This document shows positions 48,857 through 59,847 of a DNA stretch of 64,000 nucleotides, piece after piece. How positions within the stretch are numbered: position 1 is the first letter of the stretch; each line of letters begins with the position of its first letter. The notes under the pieces are model-generated. The model saw nothing but the letters and a program-made list of their open reading frames with translations. It ran no database searches and had not been told where the DNA came from. The stretch covers positions 291,191 through 355,190 of the forward strand of contig CAVYZT010000003.1 in assembly GCA_963773045.1 (NCBI GenBank), written 5' to 3'. A program made the translations under genes and the position numbers. The stretch is from an uncultured Acidobacteriota bacterium. Its GTDB lineage: Bacteria; Acidobacteriota; Vicinamibacteria; Vicinamibacterales; UBA2999.

Positions 48857-51800
48857 CTACTCCCCCTCGCGATTGACCAGCGGCGTGAAATCGGTGGAGA
48901 CGGTGTCCCCGCCGACGTTGACTGCGAAGTACGCGGCCGGAAGGAAATGTCCGACGCTGCTGAGCGATTCGGCGTCAACCGCACGCACGCGCAGGAGATC
49001 GATCGTCTCGAGCAATACCTGCTGCAGCGACCACATCGTCCATTGCTGATCGGGATCCGGCGGCACCGCCAGCAGAATGCTCTGCGGCGGCGACGCGTTC
49101 GGCTGATCGAACTGAAAGACGATGCCCGTTGTCTCGCTGGCGCTCGGGACGACTTCGATCCACTCGTCGATGAGGAGGCCGGCCATCGGCGTGGTCAGAT
49201 CCAACGTGCCTGGCCCGTGCACGACGAGCGAGAGACGCGACGTCGAGAGCGCCTGCCCTTCCGCCACGGGCAAGCCGATCCATCGGTCACCAGGCTGATA
49301 CGGCAGCTGCATCACACGGAGATTCGGCGCGTCGCCGGTTTCCACGATCTCCGCGTAGCGAAGAGTCGTTGCCAGCCGATCCACACCTTCGCGCACGCGC
49401 GCCACGCGGTCGAACCAGGTGCGCACCGGCAGATCGTCGTCGCCCTGAATGCGCTCGCTGTCGGCCGCCGCCCTCGCAAGCTCCTGCCCATTCGCCGCCG
49501 TCACGAGCGGAAGCACCAGGAACGAGTCACCGAAGATCGCGCGCATCCGCGCGGCGTGGCGGCGGAACGCGTCTCGATCCGTCTCGCTCGTCGTGTCCGT
49601 CGGCGATTCGACCGCGGCGAGCCGTTCGAGTCGGCGTGTCACCTCTTTCGCCACCGACCTGCCCTGCTCGAGCAGTGCCGTGCGCGCCTCCTCGGCATCG
49701 CCCGAACGCGAGGCCGGCACGCTGCCGGCCAGCCCGAGATGCGCGGCCCTCAGCATCGCGTTCCTGATCGCGTCGTTAGGGCTCGTGGGCTGCTCAAGCG
49801 CGTCCGCGAGGTCTAAGCTCGCAGCCGTCAACGCCTGAGCGGCAGCATCGGTTCGCGCGCGGATTTCAGACAGGTCGATTCCACCATGCGGGTCTTGTTC
49901 CGGAAGCACGAGGTCGCCCGCGTCGAACGCGCGCGAGCCGGTAATGAGATCGCGCGCGGCGCGGACCATCTCCGCGAATTCGCCGAAGCTCAGATCCGTT
50001 GAGGCCCACCCTGTCTGGCGCCCCGGCGCGAGACGTAGTGCCGCATCCGCCGGGAACGCGCTCGTTTGGCGCGCGGCGGCGTACAGGATCCGCTGTTCGA
50101 GCTCAGAAGGCTGGCCATCGCGATCCCCGGAAGCCGCATAGAGGCAGTCGAGCGGCGCGAGCCCGAGATCGCGCAGCCGCAATTCCCCTGACGCCACGAC
50201 TGCGCCTGTCGCACGATCGATCTGCTCGACGACGCATCGCACCTTACCTGGATCGCCGAGCAGACGCGCCGCCCAGCCGTTCAGCCGCGGTTCCGCCTGG
50301 GCCCGAGCGGCCATCGCGGGTGGTCCCCACGCTGCGGGTGCATCGGCCGACGCCGGCAGCGCGACGATGACGCGATGCGTGAGCGACGTGCCGGTCCGGG
50401 GCGTGGACACGACGTCGAGATCCGGCGGCGGCGCTTCGCCGTTGGCAATCGCCTCCACGGTCGCCGCCGTCCGCAGCGGATCGCCGTTGACCGCATGATG
50501 GACGGTCTCCGCGAGGAGCGCATCGCTGAGCGCGTCCACGGCGAGATCGAGGTCGTTCAACTCCGAGTCGAGCCCGGCGGCGGCAGCGGCGAGGGCCGCC
50601 GCGGCCGGCGGTTTCGCGATCGGACTGAAGAGCGCCGCCAGCCGCTGGTCCGGCATCGGGACACTCGCCAGTAGCTCGCGCCACCGGCGATGCAGCAGCA
50701 GCCCATCGACGACGTTGGTGGCCGCGACGGTCTCGGCGGCCGGCGAGGGCGGATCGGTCGGCCGCACGATCTTGTTCGCGACGATGGGCGCGGCGTCACG
50801 GAACGCTGGAATGAACTGTCCAAGCCGCCTCTCGACCAGACGGCGCTCGAACCGGTAGCCGAGGAGCGCGCCGAGCGGCTGTCCTTGCCGCACACCGTCG
50901 AGGATCCACTTCGCGAGCCGGACGCGCTCGGACGACAGGTCGATCGCCAGCGGATCGCCAGACGGCGAGTCTGCATGCGTCAGATGTCCGCTGCGCAGGA
51001 CCGCCACCGTCGCCGACTGCGCGAGCGACGCGGCGTGCGTGTACCCGGGATTGTCTGCCGCCTTGAGAAACAGGCCGGTCTGTCCTTCCGGAGGCCTCTC
51101 GACCTCCGGCGCCGCACCGGGCTTGAGATTCATCACCCAGCCGTATCCGCCGATCAGGAGGCCGACAGGCCGGGTGCGCCGCATGTCGGCCAGGCGGCGG
51201 GTCGCCATCGACGTAATCCACGCGTCGAGCCGGTACGCGCAGATGTCGAGCGAGCCCGCGAACAACCGCTGCAGTGATGCGGCGCTCGAGCTTTTCAACC
51301 TCGCCAGACTCTCGCGAAGCGCGAGCAGCGGCGCGACGCGCTGGGCGATTCGGGGATCCGCGGGTGGATCGCCGAGCTCGCGCAGGTAGTCCCACATCGG
51401 ATCCTTGGTCACGCCCGCCGCGCTCGTGTTCAAGTGCGCCCAGGGCGTGACGGCGCCGGGCAGCACGATCTCCGATTCCATGCTGCCGGGACCGATCGGC
51501 GCCGCGTCGAACGCGCGCAGGGCGACGGCGGTTCGCCAGTATTCCAGGAGCAGCGCGTGTCGGAGCACCGCGTACATGAGGCTTCGCGGCCCCACGGCGA
51601 AGCTCTCGTTGCGGAGCGTCTCGAGGTCCCATTCGTTCAGGAGGAGCTCGAGGTAGTTGGGTTGGAGGGGCGAGTGTTTGGCGAAGGCTTCGGCCTGCAC
51701 GACCGGCCCGCGCAGGACCTTGCTCCAGCCCGAGTAGGTGGCGCGCGACAGCCGAGACTCCCATGGAATGCCGGCCGCGTTGAGAGTTGCCCGCATGCGC

Positions 51801-53343
51801 ATCCGCTGCGCGGACCACCAGTACCTCTGATCACCCGGCCTGATCATCGTCCACAGCTGACTCAGGTACTCGTCGCCCATGACGTGCTTGATGCCGTAGG
51901 AGGACGAGAGGCCGTCCATGCTGAGGACGTCGGCAAAGTCCCGATCGGGACTGCTGTCGCCGCGGCCGAGGCGCGGCGCCTGCGGCACGCTTCGGCGCCA
52001 CACGCCGAGCATCGTGATCAGCAGATTCTTCAGTGCGATGTGCCGCGACTGCGCCTGTTCCTGACCGGCTGGAGGCTTCCACCAGAGAAGCGACGTAACC
52101 GGCAGGACTCCGTACGGCTGCTTGCCGATCCGGATCGCCGGCAGCGGGCCGGCGGCGCGCACGTACTCGCCGAAGTGCTGCCGCGTCCACTCGATGTCTT
52201 CCGGCGACAGCGGTCCCGGCAGCATCTCGCGCAGGAAATATCCCCACGTCGCCGGCCAGACGGCGCGGTTCATGTCACCGGCGTCGAGCGACTCGTGCGC
52301 GCCAGCGTGTACCGCGCGGGCCAGCGTGCCCTGGTACTGTTTGCGGAACCCGAGCGCCGTAGAAAGAACGTCGGCGTTCGATCGATCGTCCGGACGGAAG
52401 AGGCTGCCTGTGAACTCCGCCTGGTAGCTTTCGTCGGTGTCGGAGTCGCCCGAGCTGAATCCCGATGGCGCATCGGCCGTGTTGTTGGACGGCGTGCCCT
52501 GCAGCACAAAGCTCAAGCCGTTCGTGTAGTGGTGCGCGTCGAGCAGGCGCACGAGATCCGGCGTGCCGTCCGTCGCCGCTTGCGGCGGCGACGCCTTGAT
52601 GCCGAACACGAGGAGGAAGTCGAACCCTTGCGCCTGGTCGGCGTTCAAGCGCGCGCGGATCGCCATGCCCACCTGTGCGGCCGCCTCGTAGTCCGCCATC
52701 CAGCGCATGCCCTCGTCGATGGGCAATTCGTCGGGCCCGCCCGGCGGCGCGACCTGCGCGGGATCGGGGCCGGTGGCGAGCTGATCGGGAATCGGCGCGC
52801 CGAGCGCCGTGAACATCAACGTGCCGTTACGGTAGCCCATCATGCACCAGCGCGACGGCAGCACCCGCGTACGAGGCGCACGCGTCCACGCGCCAGCCTT
52901 TGTCGCCGGCGAGGGAAACGTGATCGGCTGCGGAAGCGGCTGATCCTCCGCGACCGGTTTCGTCGGCTGCTGGGCCGGGTTGAGCGGCGTGAGCGCCTTC
53001 GCCACCCACGCCGCGCGATGGGGATCGAAACGTTCGACGAGCTGACGCCACGCGCGCCTGCGGTCCCATCGTCGGTCGCCGCACGCCACATCTGCTCCCA
53101 GAAGTTCCGGCCCCAGACGATCTCCTGATCGGTCAGTTCCGGCTCGTGCGTGTCCACGTGCAATGGATCGGGATAGACGCGCACACGCAGGTCCGCGCCG
53201 CCGTCGCCTCGCGGGGAGAAGCGCGTTTCGAGACGCACGGGGAACAGGACGAGCGGTTGCACAGGACCGGACACGAGCGGCAGCGACAGATCAGGTGTCG
53301 CCGGAACAGTGGGAATCTCGGGGACAGCGGTGAAGAAGGCCAT
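48857..53343 (-). CDS. Giant-operon gene D: ~1,495-aa hypothetical protein (one apparent frameshift ~53040-53090)
   Basis: ATG 53343 with GAGGA 7 nt upstream. ORF 52840..53343 (MAFFTAVPEIP..LFPVRLETRFSPRG..LRVRVYPDPLHVDTHEPELTDQEI..FWEQMWRA) joins ORF 48857..53089 (..AWRQLVERFDPHRAAW..). No canonical Walker A, signal peptide, TM helix or repeat array spotted. Confidence 0.8.
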
Positions 53344-53364
53344 GATGCGTCCTCTCGCTGACGC

Positions 53365-56255
53365 CTACGCGAGCAAGTCCGTCGCGTGGATCGCGACCCG
53401 GACGGGCAACTGCTTCGTGATGTACGCCATGTGCGCCGAGTTCCTTGCCCACGTGCCTTTCACCGGCTCGGTCGGCACGAGCGGCGTCTCGAGCACGGGC
53501 AGGTGCGAGATGCGGTTGAGCGTTTCCGCCGAACGGCGGATGTGCGCCCAGTTCAGATCGTTCCAGGTCTTGAGATCGGGAATCATGCCGGTCTCACCGG
53601 GGCCGAACGGATCGTCGTCCAGTCCGAAACGCGGATCGGTTGGCGGCTCCTGCAGCACGAAGAACCAGCCTTCTCCATCCACGACTTCGTCGGGCGTGAG
53701 ATCGAAGCCGATGAAGGTGACGTCGGGATCGAGGCTGCCCCGAAAGAGCGGATGCTTTTCGATCTCGCCGGTCGTCTCGTCTGGAAAGTCGGTGGCCAGC
53801 ACACGCTTCGTGCCGTGCTTGATCGCCTGCACCGCGTAGATGATCGTGCCCGGATACCGCCGCAGCAGCTCGCCGCGGATCAGGAGCACTACGCGGTCGC
53901 CATCCGCACCTGCAGCGGTCTTCCCGAGCGGACTGGTCTTCCATTCGTGCAGGGGCGGAATGTCCGGCTGCGCCATCGCGCCAGCCGCCGACGTGTCCCA
54001 GAACTGCCGGAAGTAGGTGCCGCGCTGATCCGTCGGATAGCCGCGCCACAGCAGCTCACGGCTCATCTCGTGGTTCAGGCCGACCATGAACGCCTCGACG
54101 AAGCGCGCATTGGTCTGCAGCAGTTGCACCGTGTCGCCCGGCACGTGCTGGAGACCCGGAAACAGATAGTCCTGCGAGAGATCGCGCAGCGCTTCGTACA
54201 TCGGCTGCGGGAACTCCGGTGCGTCCATGATCGGCTCCAGGTCGTCGCCGGTCCGCAGCGCCGGGCTTCCAACGCTCAATCCCGCGCGGGCGGACGTGCT
54301 CACCGTCTTCGCCGGATCGATGCCCGCGAGCGTATCGGCGACGAGCTCCGGCACGGAGAGAACCAGGCGCGTGTCATCGAAGAGATACCCTTCGAAGATC
54401 CTCGTCAGGTGCTCGTGGTGCGCGAGCGACGCCGCAGCGAACTCCGGCGAAACTGAGGGCGGCTGAAATGGCCCCCACGCGCTCGTCCAGAGGCTCGCGA
54501 GCCGGAACCTCATCAGCATGTCTGGAAGCTCGACGGGCATCCGCTCCCAATGCGGCGGGTCATCCGGAATCCAGACGAAACCTTGGGGATTGATGACGAC
54601 GCTGTCCGAGATCAGGTCGATCGTCACGTTGTCGCGATAGCGCGGCGGCGCGAAGAACAGCCTCGGACGATCGGGACTGTTGAACAGATGGATGAGCTCG
54701 TTGATCGCCGGTTGCCCCACCGCGGACGAACGGACGATTGATCGGGCCGCGAGGCCGCGCGAGCTTACGAAGCTGCGGCGAGACCGCGGTCGCCGGCACG
54801 AACGACGCCGAGAACCTCTGCACGAGCAGCGACTGTCCTTCGGTCGCGCCTGGCGCCAACTGAGCGACCGCGACTCTCGACTGCGCAGGACCCACGATGC
54901 GGAGAAACGACTCGGGTGTGAACTTCGCGAAGGCGCCCGTGTGGTACCGGCGGTTGACGGCGCGACTCAGTTGCGCCTGACGCAGACGCTGATTGATCGC
55001 CTCGGCCTCGCCGAGCTGCTCCCACGCCGAGGCCATCAGCGGTTCCTGCTGATCCTGGACGACCTGCGTGCCCATCGCCGCCACGACGCGATGGCGCGGA
55101 TCGAGGTTGAGCTCGTCGAGCCAGAACGGCGGCGGCGCGGGAGGCGTTCTCGGTCCCACCTGGTGAATCCCCGCGTGCCAGCAGCCGTAAATCGGCGGCG
55201 CGACCACAGGCACCTGATCGGCCTTGGCGGCCTGCGTCAGGCGCCACGGCGTATCGACGATCTCGGCGAGGGCCCGCTGAAACGGCGCCCGCACGTCGTC
55301 CGGCCACGGATCGGACTCGCGGTCCGGGACCCGAAGCGCGCCTTCGACGGCCAGCGTCGTTCCGGGCGCTCCCGGTGCCGGCAGCGGATCGATCGCGAAT
55401 CCTGGGCGGCTGATGTCCATCGGCGGCGTCCCACGTCCGCGCGGCAGATCGCGCCGCTCGAGGCGCCGCACGAGCGATTCGAAATCGCCGTCCGCGCTCG
55501 TCCGGAACGTCCAGGAGAAGTAGACCGGCAACTCGATCGAATCCGGCGCTTCGTCTCTCGACCGCCAGGATGGCAACAGCGTGTCGCTCGTCACTGGCTG
55601 TGTCGAGGCCGGCGAGCCGCCCTACTTCGAACGCCGGGACGAGGCAGGCCAGGTATTCGGTGGACGGCCTCAACCGTCGCGCACAGATCACGCGAGACAC
55701 CGTTCTCGCCGGATCGGAATCGATCACGGTGTTGAGTTGTGACGTGGGCACGCCGGTGACCTGCGCGTGCGCCCAGAAGTACGACTCGGCCAGATCGGGA
55801 AGCTCGTCGCGTGGGCTCGCGGGCGGATTGATGGTCAGCACCGGCAGAGCCGGCGGCGGACTGGGATTCAACGCGACGCCCGGCTGCGTGCGAATCACGA
55901 CCAGCGCGATCCAGGGCCGGAGACGGCCCTGGGCGTCGGCCTTCAGCGGGCTGAACAGCCACGGAAAATCGTGCCGATCGAACTCGACGAACGGAAAGTA
56001 GTTCGGCTCGAAGTCCGCAGCGTACGGGCGCGGCTCGAGGCGCACGATCTGCTGCGGATCGATGCCGGTGACGTCGCGCGGTCCGTAGAGCCGCACGCGC
56101 TGGGGGACCGGCGTGCTGTTGACCAGGACGCTGATCCGCAGGGAGACCGCGGCGGCCTGATCCGCCGCAAGGCGCTCCAGGAAACGATCGGGCACGTTCG
56201 CGAGCGCGCCCGGCTGCACCCACGGCAGAAACACGTGATTCGCGACGTCAGCCAT
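53365..56255 (-). CDS. Giant-operon gene C: ~960-aa hypothetical protein (two apparent frameshifts: ~55585-55605 and CCCC run 54715-54718)
   Basis: ATG 56255 (GAGG upstream). First ~215 aa come from ORF 54765..56255 (MADVANHVFLPWVQPG..RVRLYGPRDVTGIDPQQIVRLEP..EPNYFPFVEFDRHDFPWLFSP..), the middle from ORF 54560..55594, and the end from ORF 53365..54720 (..RGGQPAINELIHLFN.. after removing one G). Confidence 0.75.
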
Positions 56256-56310
56256 TGGTCACGACCTCACACATCGCGCTCTTTCACGGGCGCTGAAATG
56301 CGCACGAGCA

Positions 56311-59300
56311 TCATCTGCGTCGCTCGCGCCGGGTTTTCGTCGCTTCATCTGCTGCACCGCCTGGAACGACTGCGCGTACGACGTCACTGCGTGAGGCAGG
56401 ATCGCCCGTCATCGACGTGGCGTCTTCGCGCGAGACGATGGTCCACCGCTGCCTGACGAGGGTGTTCCTGGACACATCGGCCGCCTGGAACCGTGCGTTG
56501 CCGGCGCGCCGGATGCTGCTCCTCGCCGCCGCGCCGAGCCTCACGTACCGGTTCAGGAACTCGGGGGTCACCGCCGACGCGGGCGGCTGCTCCTGCTCGT
56601 CCTTGTCGTGTTCGTGCGCGGTATCGATCAGGATCGTCTCGAACGCGATCTTCTCGTCCTCGACGATGTCTTCGTCCTTCGAGGTGAAGACCGATCCGGC
56701 GGCGCCCACGCGGATGCCCGACGTCATCGGCTCGAACGACGGCGCCGCAAGCTTCTCGTCGTCGCTGAGATCGAGGAATTGCGACGGCGCGAAGAAGTCC
56801 GTGATGCGATCGAAGGCGGCCGGCCGGTCGTCGATCAGGACGCTGGCGATCGAAAACCGCGTGGCATCGGCCGGCGCCGCGTTCCCGAACTTCGCGATGT
56901 CGAGATCGAGCGGCACCACCGTCTGGCTGACCGAGAGCGTGCCCAGCGGGTGCAGGGGGATCGCCGACTGGTCAGCGGGCTCGCGCAGCGTGACCATCCG
57001 GCGATCGGCGGCGGCGAGCGGGCCCGTCCAGTTGCGCGCGTCGCCGAGCGCGGCCGTCAGCAGTTCGGTGACGTTGACCGGTGGAATCGGCGGCGGAGCG
57101 CCGCCGGAGATGAGCGTCTTGTCGAACCGGACGGAGATGTCGCACCAGAAGATCTCGAACGTCGCCTTGCCCTTCACGTGCAGCGGGCGCGGCCCCGAGA
57201 GTTGTCCAGCGACGCTGACCTTGAACAGGTTCCGCGAGTGGTATTTCACCTGCACCGAGGCGTGGAAGTCGGCGATGAAGGCGAACGGATCGAACTGAAT
57301 CAGGACGTCGTAGCCGAGCAGCCCGGCGATGCTGAAGCTGCCGGCGCGCGCGAAGAGCTCCACCTTGGCGCCGAACTGCAGCGTGTTCGACGTCAGCGCG
57401 AAATAGCACTCGAGGCGCAGCTGGAAATCGGCGGTGTCGCCGAACGTGATCGCAAGCCGCTGCAGCGCCGGAAACTGCGGCGGCGGCTTGAACGCCGGGT
57501 GGAACCCGCCGATCGACAGCGCGAACACCTTCGGCGTGTCCCAGCTCAGGCGCATCGCCATGCTGCCGGTGATCGGGAATCGCCCGACGAGCCGCGAGTC
57601 GTAGAGCACGGCGTCGAGCGAGATCGATCCTTGTCGAAGTCGATCACGCCGAGCGCGTTCATCTGCAGCCGGATGAGGTCGTGCTTCTCGCTCGGCATGA
57701 TCGCGGCGACGCGGCCGAGGATGATCAGACGATGGCGCTTGCCGAGCTCCAGGAGCAGCGCCAGATCCATCGTGATGAGCGGCGGGGTGCCCCAGCAGAT
57801 CTGCACCACGGGACCGAAGATGAAGCTGCCAGGCTGCGGCGGAAACGCGCGGTCGAATGTCCCGATCAGCTGCGCGGCGTTCCTGATCGGATCCTCGGGG
57901 AACAGGATGTCGTCGAGCGTCTGGTTCTTCAGCCCCTCGCGCAGGAACTCTTCGTTCGCCGTGCGGTTGATCGCGAGCAGCCCGCCGATGCCGGTGAGCG
58001 TGAACCCGAGGCCAAGGGGAATCGGGCTGAATCCCTCGGCCGTGATGACGATGAGGAACGAGAAGCCCTTCGCGCCATTCGGCAGCCGCGTCGACACGAG
58101 GCCGATCGCGTTGAGCGTGAGACCCGCCGTCGAGGTTCAGCTGGACGACGCCCGCGTACTGCCCCTTCGCGGGATCCAGGAAGAGGTAGCCGCCGCCGCT
58201 GACGCCCGTGGCGTCCACCCTCAGGCCGATGCCGGACGGCGGCTTGAAGTCGAGCGAGACATCGGCAATGCCGAAGTTGCGCGGCTCGGTCGCGAAGTCG
58301 AACCCCATCCGCATGCCGATGCGGTCGATCGTGGCCATCACGGGACCGAGCGTGAGGTCCATCCCTGCCGATGCCTCGAACTCGAGCACCGGGCGCTCGC
58401 CCGTGCTCGTCGCGTCCAGACGCAAGACGAGTTGGCGGATGCGAACAGGGCCGATCGCGAGATCGACCGGAATGTCCACGCCCAGGCCGGCGCTGCCGTT
58501 GAAGGTGAGGCCGGTCCGGCTGGACCAGATGACCTCCGGCGAGAACGTCGCGGTGAATTGAGACTGCTTCACCGTCTCCTTCACAAAGCTGTCCGCAGCA
58601 TCGAGCGGCACGACCAGCATCGCGCCCGGCTGGCTGCCGGGCGTCCCCGCGCTGAATCTGAGCCTGGCTTCGGGCTCGTCAACATCGCCCTCGATCGAGA
58701 GCGACAGCGAGGGATTGACGAGATCGATGTGTGCGGTTCGCGACGTGCCAACGACGGTCCACGGATTCGGATCCGCTCGTGTGACCTCGAGCGTCGCGCC
58801 GATCGTCACGGGACCGCCGACGAGATCGGCCTTGTCGGGAAACACGGCGACGCCGATGGCTGCGCCGGCATCAGCCGCGGTCTTCCACTTCAGAGACCAG
58901 CCGGGCGCGATCGGCACGCTGCCTTCGGCGCCGCCTCTCAGCACCGGCCGTACGACGATGCCCGAGGCGACGGGCTCCGAAACCCTCGCGGCCGGGAGCA
59001 GCTCGAGGCCGATTTCGAGGGTGATGCGTTGCTCGAGCAGAAGGCCGTAGCTCAACACCGTGCGCAGCGCGTCGACATCGTCCTGCAGGCGGTATGGCGA
59101 ATCCGGACCAAGCGGCGTGGCAAGGCTCGGCGCGATGCGCGTGGCCGGGAACCTGACGACCCGAAAGACCAGTTCGAGCACGGCGACAAGGCGCTCGTGA
59201 TCGAATGGCTGAGTCGTGTCGCCCCACCGGTAGACGTTCTTCAGCACTGTGGGCGGCGCCTGAATGAAATCGACCGCGCGCTGCCAGTCGAACACGACCC

Positions 59301-59847
59301 GCGTGTACCGGCGCCGATGCGGAACAGACCCTTCGACTTCGATGGTTTCGTACGAGAGACACCCAATGCCGAGCAGCACCGCGTAGGCGATCGGATGGTA
59401 GATGCGGAGGAATTCCTCGAGCAGGTCGTCGAAGACGTGCCCGGCGATGTTCTTCCAGAAGTCGGGATCGTTCAGCGGAGCCGGCAGGCCGTCGAGCGAC
59501 GACAGATCGAACTCGGCGAGCGCCTCGATGAGTGCAGCCGCAGAATCCGCCAGGGCGAGCGTCTCCTCGGCGGTCAGACTCGCCTCCGGGTCCTCGTCGA
59601 GACGACTCTCGACGGATCCCACGGCTTCGAGGAACTTCTGGAGAGCAGTCTTGATCGCGAGCGCCTCGCGGATGCGCGCGAACGCCGGTTCGTCGATCGA
59701 GAGCTGCCAGCCGTAGCGATAGAACAGGTACTCGATCCGTTCGAGCGAGGAGATCCGCTCGAGCAGCGGCTCCACGAGCTGCTTCAGCGAGACATACAGG
59801 CTGGCGAGGAAGCGGCTCATGAGATCAGTCGAATCGGTCGCGGTCAT
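56311..59847 (-). CDS. Giant-operon gene B: ~1,178-aa hypothetical protein (possibly what databases call DUF6603; unverified), two compensating apparent frameshifts
   Basis: ATG 59847 overlaps the stop of gene A (ATGA). Codons between about 58125 and 57629 make sense only in the frame of ORF 57546..58097 (..DGGLTLNAIGLVSTRLPNGAKGFSFLIVITAEGFSPIPLGLGFTLTGIGGLLAINRT..). That frame is entered at CCC 58123-58125 and left at CC 57629-57630. Confidence 0.8.
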   Translation of the reverse strand: MTATDSTDLMSRFLASLYVSLKQLVEPLLERISSLERIEYLFYRYGWQLSIDEPAFARIREALAIKTALQKFLEAVGSVESRLDEDPEASLTAEETLALADSAAALIEALAEFDLSSLDGLPAPLNDPDFWKNIAGHVFDDLLEEFLRIYHPIAYAVLLGIGCLSYETIEVEGSVPHRRRYTRVVFDWQRAVDFIQAPPTVLKNVYRWGDTTQPFDHERLVAVLELVFRVVRFPATRIAPSLATPLGPDSPYRLQDDVDALRTVLSYGLLLEQRITLEIGLELLPAARVSEPVASGIVVRPVLRGGAEGSVPIAPGWSLKWKTAADAGAAIGVAVFPDKADLVGGPVTIGATLEVTRADPNPWTVVGTSRTAHIDLVNPSLSLSIEGDVDEPEARLRFSAGTPGSQPGAMLVVPLDAADSFVKETVKQSQFTATFSPEVIWSSRTGLTFNGSAGLGVDIPVDLAIGPVRIRQLVLRLDATSTGERPVLEFEASAGMDLTLGPVMATIDRIGMRMGFDFATEPRNFGIADVSLDFKPPSGIGLRVDATGVSGGGYLFLDPAKGQYAGVVQLNLDGGSHAQRDRPRVDAAAEWREGLLVPHRHHGRGIQPDSPWPRVHAHRHRRAARDQPHGERRVPARGAEEPDARRHPVPRGSDQERRAADRDIRPRVSAAAWQLHLRSRGADLLGHPAAHHDGSGAAPGARQAPSSDHPRPRRRDHAEREARPHPAADERARRDRLRQGSISLDAVLYDSRLVGRFPITGSMAMRLSWDTPKVFALSIGGFHPAFKPPPQFPALQRLAITFGDTADFQLRLECYFALTSNTLQFGAKVELFARAGSFSIAGLLGYDVLIQFDPFAFIADFHASVQVKYHSRNLFKVSVAGQLSGPRPLHVKGKATFEIFWCDISVRFDKTLISGGAPPPIPPVNVTELLTAALGDARNWTGPLAAADRRMVTLREPADQSAIPLHPLGTLSVSQTVVPLDLDIAKFGNAAPADATRFSIASVLIDDRPAAFDRITDFFAPSQFLDLSDDEKLAAPSFEPMTSGIRVGAAGSVFTSKDEDIVEDEKIAFETILIDTAHEHDKDEQEQPPASAVTPEFLNRYVRLGAAARSSIRRAGNARFQAADVSRNTLVRQRWTIVSREDATSMTGDPASRSDVVRAVVPGGAADEATKTRRERRR

